A stretch of DNA of 64,000 bases from Pseudorhodoferax sp. (GCA_965279475.1 CBDIIA010000001.1:360933-424932), one strand, 5' to 3'. Shown: positions 50,877-60,693, counted from the stretch's first letter. The notes: generated by a model not told the origin, from the sequence alone. Made by a program: numbers and translations.

Positions 50877-51665
50877 ATGGCCGATGCCGCCCCCCGCGCC
50901 GACAGTGCGCCGCTCGACCGCCGCGACTGGATCGCCGGCCTGGAAAAAGGCCTGGGCCTGCTCGAAGCCTTCGACGACGCCCATCCGCGGATGAGCGCCA
51001 CGCAGGCCGGCCAGCGCTGCGGGTTGACGCGCACCGCCGCCCGGCGCCACCTGCTGACGCTGGCCCACCTGGGGTATGTGGGCACCGACGGCAAGCTGTT
51101 CTGGCTCACGCCGCGCGTGCTGCGCCTGGGCCAGAGCTACCTGGATTCGGCGCGGCTGCCGCGCATCGTGCAGCCCTTCCTGCAGCGCATCACCGCCGGC
51201 ACGCACGAGATCGCCTACCTGGCGGTGCAGGATGGGGAAGACATCGTCTACGTCGCGCGCAACGGTTCGACGCGGGTGATGAACGTCGGCTACGTGCTGG
51301 GGGCGCGGGTGCTGGCGCCGCTGACCGCCGCCGGCCTGCTGCTGCTGGCGCTGCGCGACGACCGCGTGCTTGACCACTGGCTGGCGACGCGCGAGCTGAA
51401 GGCCTACACCTCGTTCACCGTCACCGACCGGGCCGAACTGCGTGCCGTGCTGATGCGCATTCGCACCCAGGGCTGGGCGCTGTCGGAACAACAGCTCGAA
51501 CTGAGCTACCGCGGCATCGCCGTGCCGCTGCGCAACCTGAAGGGCGAGGCCATCGCCGCGCTCAGCGTGACGATGCCGATGGGCCAGGAGAGCGGCCCGG
51601 ATGCGGTGGACCGCGTGCTGCCGGTGCTGCGCGACACGGCGCAGGCGATGCGCAACCTGGTGTAG
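50877..51665 (+). CDS. IclR-family regulator (PcaR/PcaU-like), divergent from the transporter/dehydrogenase operon
   Basis: HTH (MSATQAGQRCGLTRTAARRHLLTL) plus IclR effector domain. Confidence 0.85.
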   Translation: MADAAPRADSAPLDRRDWIAGLEKGLGLLEAFDDAHPRMSATQAGQRCGLTRTAARRHLLTLAHLGYVGTDGKLFWLTPRVLRLGQSYLDSARLPRIVQPFLQRITAGTHEIAYLAVQDGEDIVYVARNGSTRVMNVGYVLGARVLAPLTAAGLLLLALRDDRVLDHWLATRELKAYTSFTVTDRAELRAVLMRIRTQGWALSEQQLELSYRGIAVPLRNLKGEAIAALSVTMPMGQESGPDAVDRVLPVLRDTAQAMRNLV

Positions 51666-51682
51666 CGCGCGGCGGCCAGGCC

Positions 51683-52918
51683 CTAGAACAGCACGCGGCT
51701 GCGGATCGTGCCTGGCACCTTGGCGAGTTTTTCCAGCGCCAGTTCGGACGAGCCGGCGTCCAGGTCGATCACCACGTAGCCGATCTTCTCGTTGGTCTGC
51801 AGGAACTGCGACGCGATGTTGATGTGGTTGTCCGAGAAGATGCGGTTGATCTCCGACAGCACGCCCGGCACGTTGTGGTGGATGTGCAGCAGCCGGTGCT
51901 TGCCCGGGTGGGCCGGCAGCGCCACCGCGGGGAAGTTGACCGACGAGGTGGTGGTGCCGGTGTCGCTGTAGCGCACCAGCTTCTCGGCGACCTCGATGCC
52001 GATGTTGGCCTGCGCCTCGAGCGTGGAGCCGCCGATGTGCGGCGTGAGGATCACGTTGTCGAGCCCGCGCAGCGGCGACTGGAACTCGTCCTTGTTGCCG
52101 CGCGGCTCGGTCGGGAACACGTCGATCGCGGCGCCCAGCAGATGGCCGGCCTTCAGCGCGTCGGCCAATGGATCGATCTCGACCACGGTGCCGCGCGAGG
52201 CGTTGATCAGGATGCCGCCAGGCTTCATCGCGGCGATCTGTTCGGCGCCGATCATCCATTGCGTCGACGGCGTCTCGGGCACGTGCAGCGTGACGATGTC
52301 GCTCGCGCCCAGCAGTTCGTGCAGGCTGGCGACCTGGCGCGCATTGCCCAGCGGCAGCTTGGCGACCACGTCGTAGAACAGCACCTGCATGCCCAGGCCT
52401 TCGGCCAGCACCGACAGCTGCGTACCGATGGCGCCATAACCCACGACACCCAGCGTCTTGCCACGGATCTCGAACGCGTTGTCGGCCGACTTCAGCCAGC
52501 CGCCGCGGTGCGCGACCGCGTTCTTCTGCGGCACGCCGCGCAGCAGCAGGATCGCCTCGGCGATCACCAGCTCGGCCACCGAGCGGGTGTTGGAATACGG
52601 CGCGTTGAACACAGCGATGCCCAGTTCGCGCGCGGCTTCCAGGTCGACCTGGTTGGTGCCGATGCAGAAGCAGCCCACCGCTGCCAGCTTGTGCGCCTGC
52701 GCAAACACCTCGGCCGTGAGCTGGGTGCGCGAGCGGATGCCGAGGAAGTGCACGTCGGCGAGCTTCTCCTTCAGCTGCGCGTCGGGCAGCGCCGCCGGCA
52801 GCGACTCGATGTTGGTGTAGCCCGCCGCGTGCAGCACGTCCAGCGCGGAGGCATGGATGCCTTCGAGCAGCAGGATCTTGATCTTGGCTTTGTCCAGGGA
52901 GGTCGACGGAAGAGACAT
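51683..52918 (-). CDS. serA: D-3-phosphoglycerate dehydrogenase
   Basis: 411 aa from the ATG at 52918. 2-hydroxyacid dehydrogenase core plus C-terminal ACT domain. The upstream part of the track ORF is not coding-like. Confidence 0.9.
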   Translation of the reverse strand: MSLPSTSLDKAKIKILLLEGIHASALDVLHAAGYTNIESLPAALPDAQLKEKLADVHFLGIRSRTQLTAEVFAQAHKLAAVGCFCIGTNQVDLEAARELGIAVFNAPYSNTRSVAELVIAEAILLLRGVPQKNAVAHRGGWLKSADNAFEIRGKTLGVVGYGAIGTQLSVLAEGLGMQVLFYDVVAKLPLGNARQVASLHELLGASDIVTLHVPETPSTQWMIGAEQIAAMKPGGILINASRGTVVEIDPLADALKAGHLLGAAIDVFPTEPRGNKDEFQSPLRGLDNVILTPHIGGSTLEAQANIGIEVAEKLVRYSDTGTTTSSVNFPAVALPAHPGKHRLLHIHHNVPGVLSEINRIFSDNHINIASQFLQTNEKIGYVVIDLDAGSSELALEKLAKVPGTIRSRVLF

Positions 52919-53128
52919 GCTGTGCACACGAGCGAGGAGCGGCTGAACCGGGACGCGGATCCTACACTGCGCGCCGCCGTCTCCGGGGCGTGGGACGCGC
53001 TTGGCACCATCGGCCCCATGGGCAAGCACTGCTACGGTGGAATCGACCGCCACTGATGCTGTTTTTGGCGGCGTTTGGGGCGCATAGTCGGGACATGGCG
53101 GCGCTCGGCCGCGTTTTTGGGAGATGAC

Positions 53129-53320
53129 ATGGTCAACCTCTTGCAGTACATCCGGACCGTCCTCTGGAGTTTCATCGGCCTGGGCAACCGCGCCAATGCC
53201 GACGCGCTGGCGCGCACGGGCAACCCGTTGCCGCTGCTGCTGGTCGCCGTCGTGCTGGTCCTGGTGCTGATCGGGACGCTCGTCGCCGCGGCGCATTGGG
53301 CGGTGCGCATCGCGGTCTGA
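53129..53320 (+). CDS. Small membrane protein (DUF2970-like)
   Basis: 63 aa; VLWSFIGLG...PLPLLLVAVVLVLVLIGTLV. Confidence 0.45.
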   Translation: MVNLLQYIRTVLWSFIGLGNRANADALARTGNPLPLLLVAVVLVLVLIGTLVAAAHWAVRIAV

Positions 53321-53356
53321 ACGGGTCGAGGGGCAGCGCTTTTTTTTGACTTGATA

Positions 53357-53374
53357 TTTCAGTAATTACTGAAA
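53357..53374. promoter_or_regulatory. Perfect 18-bp palindrome TTTCAGTAATTACTGAAA in the AT-rich cydD upstream region (candidate operator)
   Basis: Read directly. Lies 20 nt upstream of the cydD ATG, preceded by a T8 run. Confidence 0.35.
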
Positions 53375-53393
53375 TAGTCGTATATTCGAAACC

Positions 53394-55112
53394 ATGGAAA
53401 CTCGGCTCCACCCCTTGCCGGCCAGTCGTCCGACCCCGGCATTCGCGGCGTCCACGGGGCGCGCCGGTCTCGTCACGGGGTCGGTGCTGCAGGTCGCCGC
53501 GGCGCTGGTGTGGCTGCCGCAGGCGGCCTTGCTGGCGCTGGCGTTGCAGCGCCTGGCGGACGGCGGCGGCCTGGCGTCGGTCCAGGCGCCGGCCATCGGC
53601 GTGTTGGGGCTCGGCATGGTGCGCGCGCTGTGCGAGGCCTGGGGCGTGCGCCGGGTGTTTCGTGGGGCGCGCGACGAGTTGTCTTCGCTGCGCGCGCGGC
53701 TGGCCGCGGCGCTGGCAAGCCGCTCGCCGCTGGACCTGGCCCGGCCGGCGTCGGGGCTCGCTGCCAGCGCGATGGCCGAGCAGGCCGAGGCCGTGCTGCC
53801 GTACCTCACGCGGTTCCGGCCGGCGCAGTGGCGGGTGCTGGCGCTGCCGCTGGCCATCGTCGCGGTGGTGGCGCCGCTGTCCTGGGTGGCGGCGTCGATC
53901 CTGCTCGTGGCCGCGCCGCTGATTCCGCTGTTCATGGCCCTGGTCGGCTGGCGGGCCCAGGCCGCGAGCGAAGCACAACTGGCCGGCCTGGGCGACATGC
54001 ACGGGTTTCTGCTCGACCGCCTGCGCGGCCTGGCCACGCTGCGTGCGCTGGGGGCGGTCGACGCCACGGCCCTGCGCCTGCGCGCCGCGGCCGAGTCTCT
54101 GCGGCAGCGGACGATGGTGGTGCTGCGCATCGCGTTTCTCTCGTCCGCCGTGCTGGAGCTGTTCTCAGCGCTGGGCGTGGCGATGGTGGCGGTCTACATC
54201 GGTTTTCACCTGCTCGGCCAACTGCCGTTCGGCGCCTGGGGTCAGCGCCTGAGCCTGGGGCAGGGCGTGTTCATCCTGCTGCTGGCACCGGCCTTCTTCG
54301 AGCCGCTGCGCGAGCTGTCGGCTGCCTGGCACGACCGTGCCGCCGGCGTGGCGGCGATCGATGCGATCGGGCGGCTGTGTGCCGACGGCCATGGCCTGGC
54401 GGGCGCCGACGACGGCGCGGCCATCGCGGGTGTCGCACAGGCCGGCGGTACCGCGCCGGTGGAGCTGCGGGTGGAAGGCCTGCGCTTCACCCATGCGACG
54501 GCCGCGACGCCGGTGTTCGACGGGTTCACGCTCGACGTGGCCGCCGGCGAACACGTTGCGCTGGTCGGCGGCAGCGGCAGCGGCAAGTCGACCTTGCTCG
54601 CGCTGGTGGCGGGCCTGGCCGTGCCACAGGCGGGCCGGGTGCTGGTCGACCAGGTGCCGATGGCACCGGAAACCGCTGCGGCATTGCGCGCCCGCATCGC
54701 ATGGATGGCGCAGAAGCCGCATGTCTTCGCCGGCAGCGTGGGGCACAACATCGCGCTCGGCCGTGCCGGTGCGGATGCGGTGGTGGTCGCCGCGGCACTG
54801 CACAGCGCAGCGCTGGGACTGGTGGCGCAGGCACGGCCCGACGCGGCCATGGGCGAGGGTGGGATCGGCCTGTCCGGTGGCGAACTGGTGCGGCTGGCGC
54901 TGGCCCGTGCGGCAGCGCATCCGCAGGCCGGGCTGCTGCTGGTGGACGAACCCACCGCGCATCTGGACACGCGAACGGCGGCCGAGGTGACCGAGGCCCT
55001 GCTGCAGATCGCCCGCGGCCGCACGCTGGTGGTCGCCACGCACGACCCGGTGTTGGCCGCCCGGATGCAACGCACGCTGCGGCTGGACCGGGTGCACGGA
55101 GAACTGGCATGA
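53394..55112 (+). CDS. cydD: Thiol reductant ABC exporter subunit CydD
   Basis: Six-TM domain plus ABC ATPase (GGSGSGKST, LSGGE). Confidence 0.9.
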   Translation: METRLHPLPASRPTPAFAASTGRAGLVTGSVLQVAAALVWLPQAALLALALQRLADGGGLASVQAPAIGVLGLGMVRALCEAWGVRRVFRGARDELSSLRARLAAALASRSPLDLARPASGLAASAMAEQAEAVLPYLTRFRPAQWRVLALPLAIVAVVAPLSWVAASILLVAAPLIPLFMALVGWRAQAASEAQLAGLGDMHGFLLDRLRGLATLRALGAVDATALRLRAAAESLRQRTMVVLRIAFLSSAVLELFSALGVAMVAVYIGFHLLGQLPFGAWGQRLSLGQGVFILLLAPAFFEPLRELSAAWHDRAAGVAAIDAIGRLCADGHGLAGADDGAAIAGVAQAGGTAPVELRVEGLRFTHATAATPVFDGFTLDVAAGEHVALVGGSGSGKSTLLALVAGLAVPQAGRVLVDQVPMAPETAAALRARIAWMAQKPHVFAGSVGHNIALGRAGADAVVVAAALHSAALGLVAQARPDAAMGEGGIGLSGGELVRLALARAAAHPQAGLLLVDEPTAHLDTRTAAEVTEALLQIARGRTLVVATHDPVLAARMQRTLRLDRVHGELA

Positions 55113-56815
55113 AACCGTCGCGCAGCTTGGACCGCGAGGCGCTGGTCCAGGTGCTGGCGGTGCTGCGCGCGCAGCGTGGTGCCGGCCTGGGCGCCGGCAT
55201 GGTGTTGGCGTGTGCCACGGCGCTGGCCGGCATGGCGCTGCTGGGGCTGTCCGGCTGGTTCATCTCGGCGACGGCGCTGGCCGGCCTCGGTGCGGGAACG
55301 GCCTGGGCGTTCGACGTGTTCGCGCCGTCGGCCGGCATCCGCCTGCTGGCGCTAGGGCGCACCGGCCTGCGCTACGGCGAGCGCCTGGTCACGCACGACG
55401 CCACGCTCGCGGTGCTGGCCGGCCTGCGCGAGCGTCTGTTCCGCGGCTGGTCCGAACCGCAGGCGGCACGCCGCCTGCTGGCACGGCCGGCGCAACTGCT
55501 GTTCCGGCTGACGTCGGACATCGACGCCCTCGAAGGCCTGTACCTGCGCCTGCTGGTCCCGGCGGCGACGCTGTGTGCGTCTGCTGTCGCCGCAGGCCTT
55601 GCGTTGTCGCTGGTCGACCCGGTACTGGGGCTGGCCCTGGCGGGCTGGCTGGTCGCCGGCAGCTTCGGCGTGGCGTGGTGGCTGGCGCGCCGGGCACGCC
55701 GGCCGGCCCGCCTGCGCGCCCATGCGACCGAGGCGCTGCGTGCACGCACCGTCGATCTGGTGGCGGGCCAGACCGAGCTGGCGATGGCCACGCGCCTCGC
55801 GGCGCAACGCGCGCACATCGCCGCGGCCGACCGCACGCTGGCCCGTGCCGACGACGCGCTGAACCGGCTCGATGCCGCCGCGGGCGCGGGCTACGGCATG
55901 CTCGGCGCGATGGCACTGGCCGGCACGCTGCTGGCCGTGGGCGCGCTGGTGGAGCACGGTGCGGTCGGCGTTCCGGTGGCGGCGCTCGCCCTGCTGCTGG
56001 TGCTGGCCACGGCCGAGCCCTTTGCCGCCTTGAAGCGGGGCGCGCTCGACATCGGCCGCACGTTGCTGGCGGCACGCCGCATTGCGCCGAGGCTGCAGTT
56101 GCCGCCGGCGGGCACGGACGCGGCCGCGCCGGTGCAGGCCGCGTTGTGCCTTGCCGGTATCAGCGCCGCCGCTGGCGGTGCCGGTGGCAGCGAGCCCGTC
56201 CTGCACCGCATCGATCTGCAACTGGCCGCAGGCGAACGTGTGGCGCTGATCGGGCCGAGCGGTGCCGGCAAGTCGACGCTGCTTGCGCTGGTGGCCGGCG
56301 AGCTGACGCCGCTGGCGGGCCGGGTGCAGGCCGTGGCGTCGTGCCTGCTGACCCAGCACAACGAACTGTTTCGCGACAGCCTGCGCGACAACCTGTGCCT
56401 GGCGTTGCCGGGCGCGGGCGATGCACGTCTGTGGGATGCGTTGTCAGCCGCCGGTCTCGCGCCGTTCGTGCACAGCCTGGCCGCAGGCCTCGACACGGTG
56501 CTGGGTGAAGGCGGCCTTGGGCTGTCGGGGGGACAGGCGCGGCGCCTCGCGCTGGCGCGGCTGCTGTTGCGGGGCGCGCCGCTGTGGCTGCTCGACGAGC
56601 CGACCGAGGGTGTGGACCCCGCCACGGCGCGCGACGTGCTGCACCGGCTGGCGCAGCACGCCGAGGGCCACACACTGCTGATCGCGACGCATCTGCGGCG
56701 CGAGGCGGCGCTGGCGAACCGCCTGGTCTGCCTGCGCCAGGGGCGTATCGTCGCGGACGTGCGGCGTGGGGAAATGGCGTTCGACGGTCTGCTGCAGACG
56801 CTGCGGCCGGACTGA
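55109..56815 (+). CDS. cydC: Thiol reductant ABC exporter subunit CydC
   Basis: ATG overlaps the cydD stop. TMD plus ABC ATPase (GPSGAGKST). Confidence 0.9.
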   Translation: MKPSRSLDREALVQVLAVLRAQRGAGLGAGMVLACATALAGMALLGLSGWFISATALAGLGAGTAWAFDVFAPSAGIRLLALGRTGLRYGERLVTHDATLAVLAGLRERLFRGWSEPQAARRLLARPAQLLFRLTSDIDALEGLYLRLLVPAATLCASAVAAGLALSLVDPVLGLALAGWLVAGSFGVAWWLARRARRPARLRAHATEALRARTVDLVAGQTELAMATRLAAQRAHIAAADRTLARADDALNRLDAAAGAGYGMLGAMALAGTLLAVGALVEHGAVGVPVAALALLLVLATAEPFAALKRGALDIGRTLLAARRIAPRLQLPPAGTDAAAPVQAALCLAGISAAAGGAGGSEPVLHRIDLQLAAGERVALIGPSGAGKSTLLALVAGELTPLAGRVQAVASCLLTQHNELFRDSLRDNLCLALPGAGDARLWDALSAAGLAPFVHSLAAGLDTVLGEGGLGLSGGQARRLALARLLLRGAPLWLLDEPTEGVDPATARDVLHRLAQHAEGHTLLIATHLRREAALANRLVCLRQGRIVADVRRGEMAFDGLLQTLRPD

Positions 56816-56848
56816 CGGTACGCCCGGAAAAACAGGAGGATTTCAACC

Positions 56849-58450
56849 ATGGATCTCGACATCGTCGCGCTGTCGCGGCTGCAGTTTGCGGCCACAGCGC
56901 TGTACCACTTTCTTTTCGTGCCGCTGACGCTGGGGCTGTCGGTCCTGCTCGCGATCATGGAAACCGTCTACGTGATGGCGGGCCGCGTGATCTGGCGCGA
57001 CATGACCAAGTTCTGGGGCATCCTGTTCGGCATCAACTTCGCGATGGGTGTCGCCACGGGCGTCGTGATGGAGTTCCAGTTCGGCATGAACTGGAGCTAC
57101 TACAGCCACTACGTCGGCGACATCTTCGGCGCGCCGCTGGCGATCGAAGGGCTGATGGCGTTCTTTCTCGAGGCGACCTTCGTCGGCCTGTTCTTCTTCG
57201 GCTGGGACAAGCTGTCCAAGCAAGGCCATCTGATCGTGACCTGGGCCGTCGCGATCGGCTCGAACTTCTCGGCGCTGTGGATCCTGATCGCCAACGGCTG
57301 GATGCAGAACCCGGTGGGCTCGGTCTTCAACCCGCAGACCATGCGCATGGAGGTGACCGACTTCGCCGCCGTGCTGTTCAACCCGGTGGCGCAGGCCAAG
57401 TTCGTGCACACGGTGTCGGCCGGTTATCTGTGCGCGTCGGTCTTCGTGCTCGGCGTGTCGGCCTGGTATCTGCTGAAGGGGCGGCATCTCGCGCTGGCGA
57501 AGCGCTCGATGACGGTGGCCGCGTCGTTCGGCCTGGCCGCGGCACTGTCCGTGGTGGTGCTGGGCGACGAGAGCGGCTACCTGTCGACCGAACACCAGAA
57601 GATGAAGCTGGCCGCGATCGAGGGCATGTGGGAGACGCAGCCGGCACCGGCGGCGTTCACGTTGGTCGGCTTTCCTGACCAGGCGGCGCGCGAGACGCAC
57701 TACGCGCTGCACGTGCCGATCGTCATGGGGCTGATCGGCACACGCTCGCTCGACACGGTGATCCCGGGTATCAACGATCTGGTGAAGCGGGCCGAGGAAC
57801 GCATCGCCCAGGGCATCCTGGCGTATGACGCGTTGCAGAAGATCCGCGGGCTGCAGCGGGGCGAGCCCATCCCGCCCGCGTTGCGCGATGCGTTCGAGGC
57901 CAACGGGCCATCGCTCGGCTATGCGCTGCTGCTCAAGCGCTACGTCGACGATCCGCGGCAGGCCACGCCGGAGCAGATCGCCAAGGCGGCGTGGGACACG
58001 GTGCCGCAGGTGCTGCCGCTGTTCTGGCTGTTCCGCATCATGGTGGGCATCGGTATCGGGCTGATCCTGCTGACCGCCACGTTCTTCGTGCTGTCGGCAC
58101 GCCGGCAACTGGACCGCCATCGGTGGTTGCTCAAGCTGGCGGTGTGGGCGATTCCGCTGCCCTGGATCGCGATCGAGGCCGGCTGGCTGGTGGCCGAGTT
58201 CGGCCGGCAGCCGTGGGTGATCGAAGGCGTGCTGCCCACGGCCGCCGCGGTGTCCAACCTGGGCGTCACCACCTTGCTGATCAGCCTGGCGGGTTTCGTG
58301 GCGGTCTACACCGTGCTGCTGGTGATCGAGATGCGGCTGATGCTGCACGCGATCCGCAAGGGGCCGCCGCAGGACCATCCGCCCGCCGTCGGCGCCGAAC
58401 CGCGGCTGGTGCCGCGCGCCGTCCCCCCATCTTTCGCTGCAGCGGAGTAA
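56849..58450 (+). CDS. cydA: Cytochrome bd ubiquinol oxidase subunit I
   Basis: MDLDIVALSRLQFAATALYHFLFVPLTLG..., Q-loop present. Confidence 0.95.
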   Translation: MDLDIVALSRLQFAATALYHFLFVPLTLGLSVLLAIMETVYVMAGRVIWRDMTKFWGILFGINFAMGVATGVVMEFQFGMNWSYYSHYVGDIFGAPLAIEGLMAFFLEATFVGLFFFGWDKLSKQGHLIVTWAVAIGSNFSALWILIANGWMQNPVGSVFNPQTMRMEVTDFAAVLFNPVAQAKFVHTVSAGYLCASVFVLGVSAWYLLKGRHLALAKRSMTVAASFGLAAALSVVVLGDESGYLSTEHQKMKLAAIEGMWETQPAPAAFTLVGFPDQAARETHYALHVPIVMGLIGTRSLDTVIPGINDLVKRAEERIAQGILAYDALQKIRGLQRGEPIPPALRDAFEANGPSLGYALLLKRYVDDPRQATPEQIAKAAWDTVPQVLPLFWLFRIMVGIGIGLILLTATFFVLSARRQLDRHRWLLKLAVWAIPLPWIAIEAGWLVAEFGRQPWVIEGVLPTAAAVSNLGVTTLLISLAGFVAVYTVLLVIEMRLMLHAIRKGPPQDHPPAVGAEPRLVPRAVPPSFAAAE

Positions 58451-58453
58451 ACC

Positions 58454-59608
58454 ATGGTCTTGCATGAATTCATTCAATACGACACCTTGCGCCTGATCTG
58501 GTGGGCGCTGATCGGCGTGCTGCTGGTCGGGTTCGCGGTGACCGACGGCTTCGATCTCGGCGTGGGCATGCTGCTGCCTTTCGTGGGTCGGACCGACCTG
58601 GAGCGGCGCGTCGTGATCAACAGCGTGGGGCCGGTGTGGGAGGGCAACCAGGTGTGGCTGATCCTGGGCGGCGGCGCGATCTTCGCGGCCTGGCCGCAGC
58701 TGTACGCGGTGTCGTTCTCGGGTATCTATCTGGCGATGTTCGCGATCCTCACCGCGCTGATCCTGCGGCCGGTCGCGTTCAAGTTCCGCAGCAAGCGTGA
58801 CGACCCGGCCTGGCGTGCGCGCTGGGACGGGGTGCTGTTCTTCAGCGGCTTCGTGCCGGCGCTGATCTTCGGTGTGGCGCTGGGCAACGTGCTGCAGGGC
58901 GTGCCGTTCCGCTTCTCGCCGGACATGCACATTTTCTACGAGGGCAGCTTCGTCGCGCTGCTGAATCCGTTCGCGCTGCTGTGCGGCCTGGTGTCGGTGG
59001 CCATGCTCGTGCTGCACGGCAGTGCCTGGCTGCAGTTGAAGGCCGAGGGACCGCTGGCCGAGCGGGCGCGGGCCTTCGGCAGCGGGGCCGCCATCGCCGT
59101 CGTGCTGCTGTACGCGCTGGCGGGGCTCGTGTTGTGGCGCTTCGTCGACGGCTACAGCATCACCAGCGCGATCGATCCGATCGGGCCGTCCAACCCGCTG
59201 CTGAAGACCGTGCAGAGCCAGCCCAGGGCCTGGTTGACCAACTACGCCGCCCACCGCTGGACGCTGGTCGCACCAGCGCTGGGTTTTGCCGGCACGCTGG
59301 GTGCCTGGGCCGGGCTGCGCATGCGCCGCGAGATCCTGACCCTGCTGTGCAGCACCGCGGGCGTGGCCGGCATCGTGCTGAGCGTGGGCGCGTCGATGTT
59401 TCCGTTCCTGCTGCCGTCATCGCTCGACCCGCGCGCCAGCCTGACGGTGTGGGACGCGTCGTCGAGCCACCTCACGCTGTTCATCATGCTGGTCGTGACG
59501 GCGATCTTCATCCCGCTGATCGTGGCCTACACCAGCTGGGTCTACCACGTGCTGTGGGGCAAGGTGGATGCGAACGCCATCCGCGACGAAGCCGGCCATG
59601 CGTACTGA
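58454..59608 (+). CDS. cydB: Cytochrome bd ubiquinol oxidase subunit II
   Basis: 384 aa polytopic CydB sequence. Confidence 0.95.
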   Translation: MVLHEFIQYDTLRLIWWALIGVLLVGFAVTDGFDLGVGMLLPFVGRTDLERRVVINSVGPVWEGNQVWLILGGGAIFAAWPQLYAVSFSGIYLAMFAILTALILRPVAFKFRSKRDDPAWRARWDGVLFFSGFVPALIFGVALGNVLQGVPFRFSPDMHIFYEGSFVALLNPFALLCGLVSVAMLVLHGSAWLQLKAEGPLAERARAFGSGAAIAVVLLYALAGLVLWRFVDGYSITSAIDPIGPSNPLLKTVQSQPRAWLTNYAAHRWTLVAPALGFAGTLGAWAGLRMRREILTLLCSTAGVAGIVLSVGASMFPFLLPSSLDPRASLTVWDASSSHLTLFIMLVVTAIFIPLIVAYTSWVYHVLWGKVDANAIRDEAGHAY

Positions 59609-59623
59609 CGCGAAGGACTGACC

Positions 59624-59785
59624 ATGTGGTATTTCTCCTGGATTCTGGGCCTGCCGCTGGCGGCGGCGTTCGCGGTGCTGAACGCGATGTGGTACGAACT
59701 GATGGACGACGACGCGGTGCGGCGCGAGAAGCTCGCCACGCCGTCACCCGACGAAGGCGCCGAGAGCTTTCAAGAAGCGCTGTAG
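59624..59785 (+). CDS. cydX: Cytochrome bd oxidase small subunit CydX/YbgT (53 aa; below the ORF-track length cut-off)
   Basis: MWYFSWILGLPLAAAFAVLNAMWYEL... matches the CydX signature MWYFxWILG. Lies 15 nt after cydB. Confidence 0.7.
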   Translation: MWYFSWILGLPLAAAFAVLNAMWYELMDDDAVRREKLATPSPDEGAESFQEAL

Positions 59786-59795
59786 CGGCCCTGCC

Positions 59796-60371
59796 TCAGG
59801 CTGCTGGCTTCTTGCTCTTCGCGCCGGTGATCCGATCCTTGAGTTCGAGCACGCGGGTCACCGTGGCACCCATGCCCATCAGCTGCATCGCGGTCTCGGG
59901 CGCGAGACGCTGCACGTCGTCGAACCACTTCATCAGGCGGTCGATCAGGTCGTGCATCTCGCGCATGCGCTGCTGCGCGTGGCGCTCCTGCTCGTTGGCC
60001 GGCTCCTCGAGCAAGGCCATGCGCAGCATCGACAGCGTGGGTTCGATCTCGCGGCGGCGGCGTTCTTCGGCCAGGATGCGGAAGATCTCCCAGACGTCCT
60101 GCGGCGCTTCGAAGTATTCGCGGCGGTCGCCCGGCTGATGCCGCAGGCGCACCAGGCGCCAGGACTGCAGTTCCTTCAAGCCCATGCTGACGTTCGAACG
60201 CGAGAACTCCAGCGTCTCGGCGATGTCGTCGGCATGCATCGGGTTCTGCGCGACGAACAGCAGGGCGTAGATCTGGCCGACGGTGCGGTTGATGCCCCAG
60301 CGGCTGCCCATCTCGCCGAAGTGCGCGATGAATTGGCGGTTGAGTTCGGGAAGGCGCGGCGCTTCGGTCAT
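59796..60371 (-). CDS. GbsR/MarR-type HTH transcriptional regulator
   Basis: 191 aa; GbsR-like segment GQIYALLFVAQNPMHADDIAETLEFSRSNVSMGLKELQSWRLV. Confidence 0.7.
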   Translation of the reverse strand: MTEAPRLPELNRQFIAHFGEMGSRWGINRTVGQIYALLFVAQNPMHADDIAETLEFSRSNVSMGLKELQSWRLVRLRHQPGDRREYFEAPQDVWEIFRILAEERRRREIEPTLSMLRMALLEEPANEQERHAQQRMREMHDLIDRLMKWFDDVQRLAPETAMQLMGMGATVTRVLELKDRITGAKSKKPAA

Positions 60372-60426
60372 CGCAAGATTGTAGGGATTCCAGATATTTC
60401 AGAACATCCGGGCAGGACCGAATTCT

Positions 60427-60693
60427 GTGCGATCGTCGTGGCACGCCCAGGTCGAGCATTGCGGCTTCACCGACGAGCAACTGCGGCCCTGCGCGTACTC
60501 GGCCGCGCCGTTCCTGACCAACCCCAAGGCCGTGCAGCAGGGCGATGTGACCGAAGACGCGGTGCTGCTCGCCAAGCTTTGCCCAAGCCGCCGGACGATG
60601 CGCCCGGCGGCCTGCAGGGCCGGTGGCACGACAGCCGACGCCTACGTCCGCGCCAAGCTGGCCGCGTCGATGGATCTCAAGACAGCGGCGTAA
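60427..60693 (+). CDS. Hypothetical small protein (GTG start; no recognisable domain)
   Basis: High GC3 coding-like composition. Divergent from the GbsR-like gene with an AT-richer promoter-like spacer. Confidence 0.3.
   Translation: MRSSWHAQVEHCGFTDEQLRPCAYSAAPFLTNPKAVQQGDVTEDAVLLAKLCPSRRTMRPAACRAGGTTADAYVRAKLAASMDLKTAA

Noticed and set aside
53281-53350. T8 run after the DUF2970-like ORF as an intrinsic terminator
   Set aside because: No convincing GC-rich inverted repeat precedes the T-run. More likely it is part of the AT-rich cydD promoter region.
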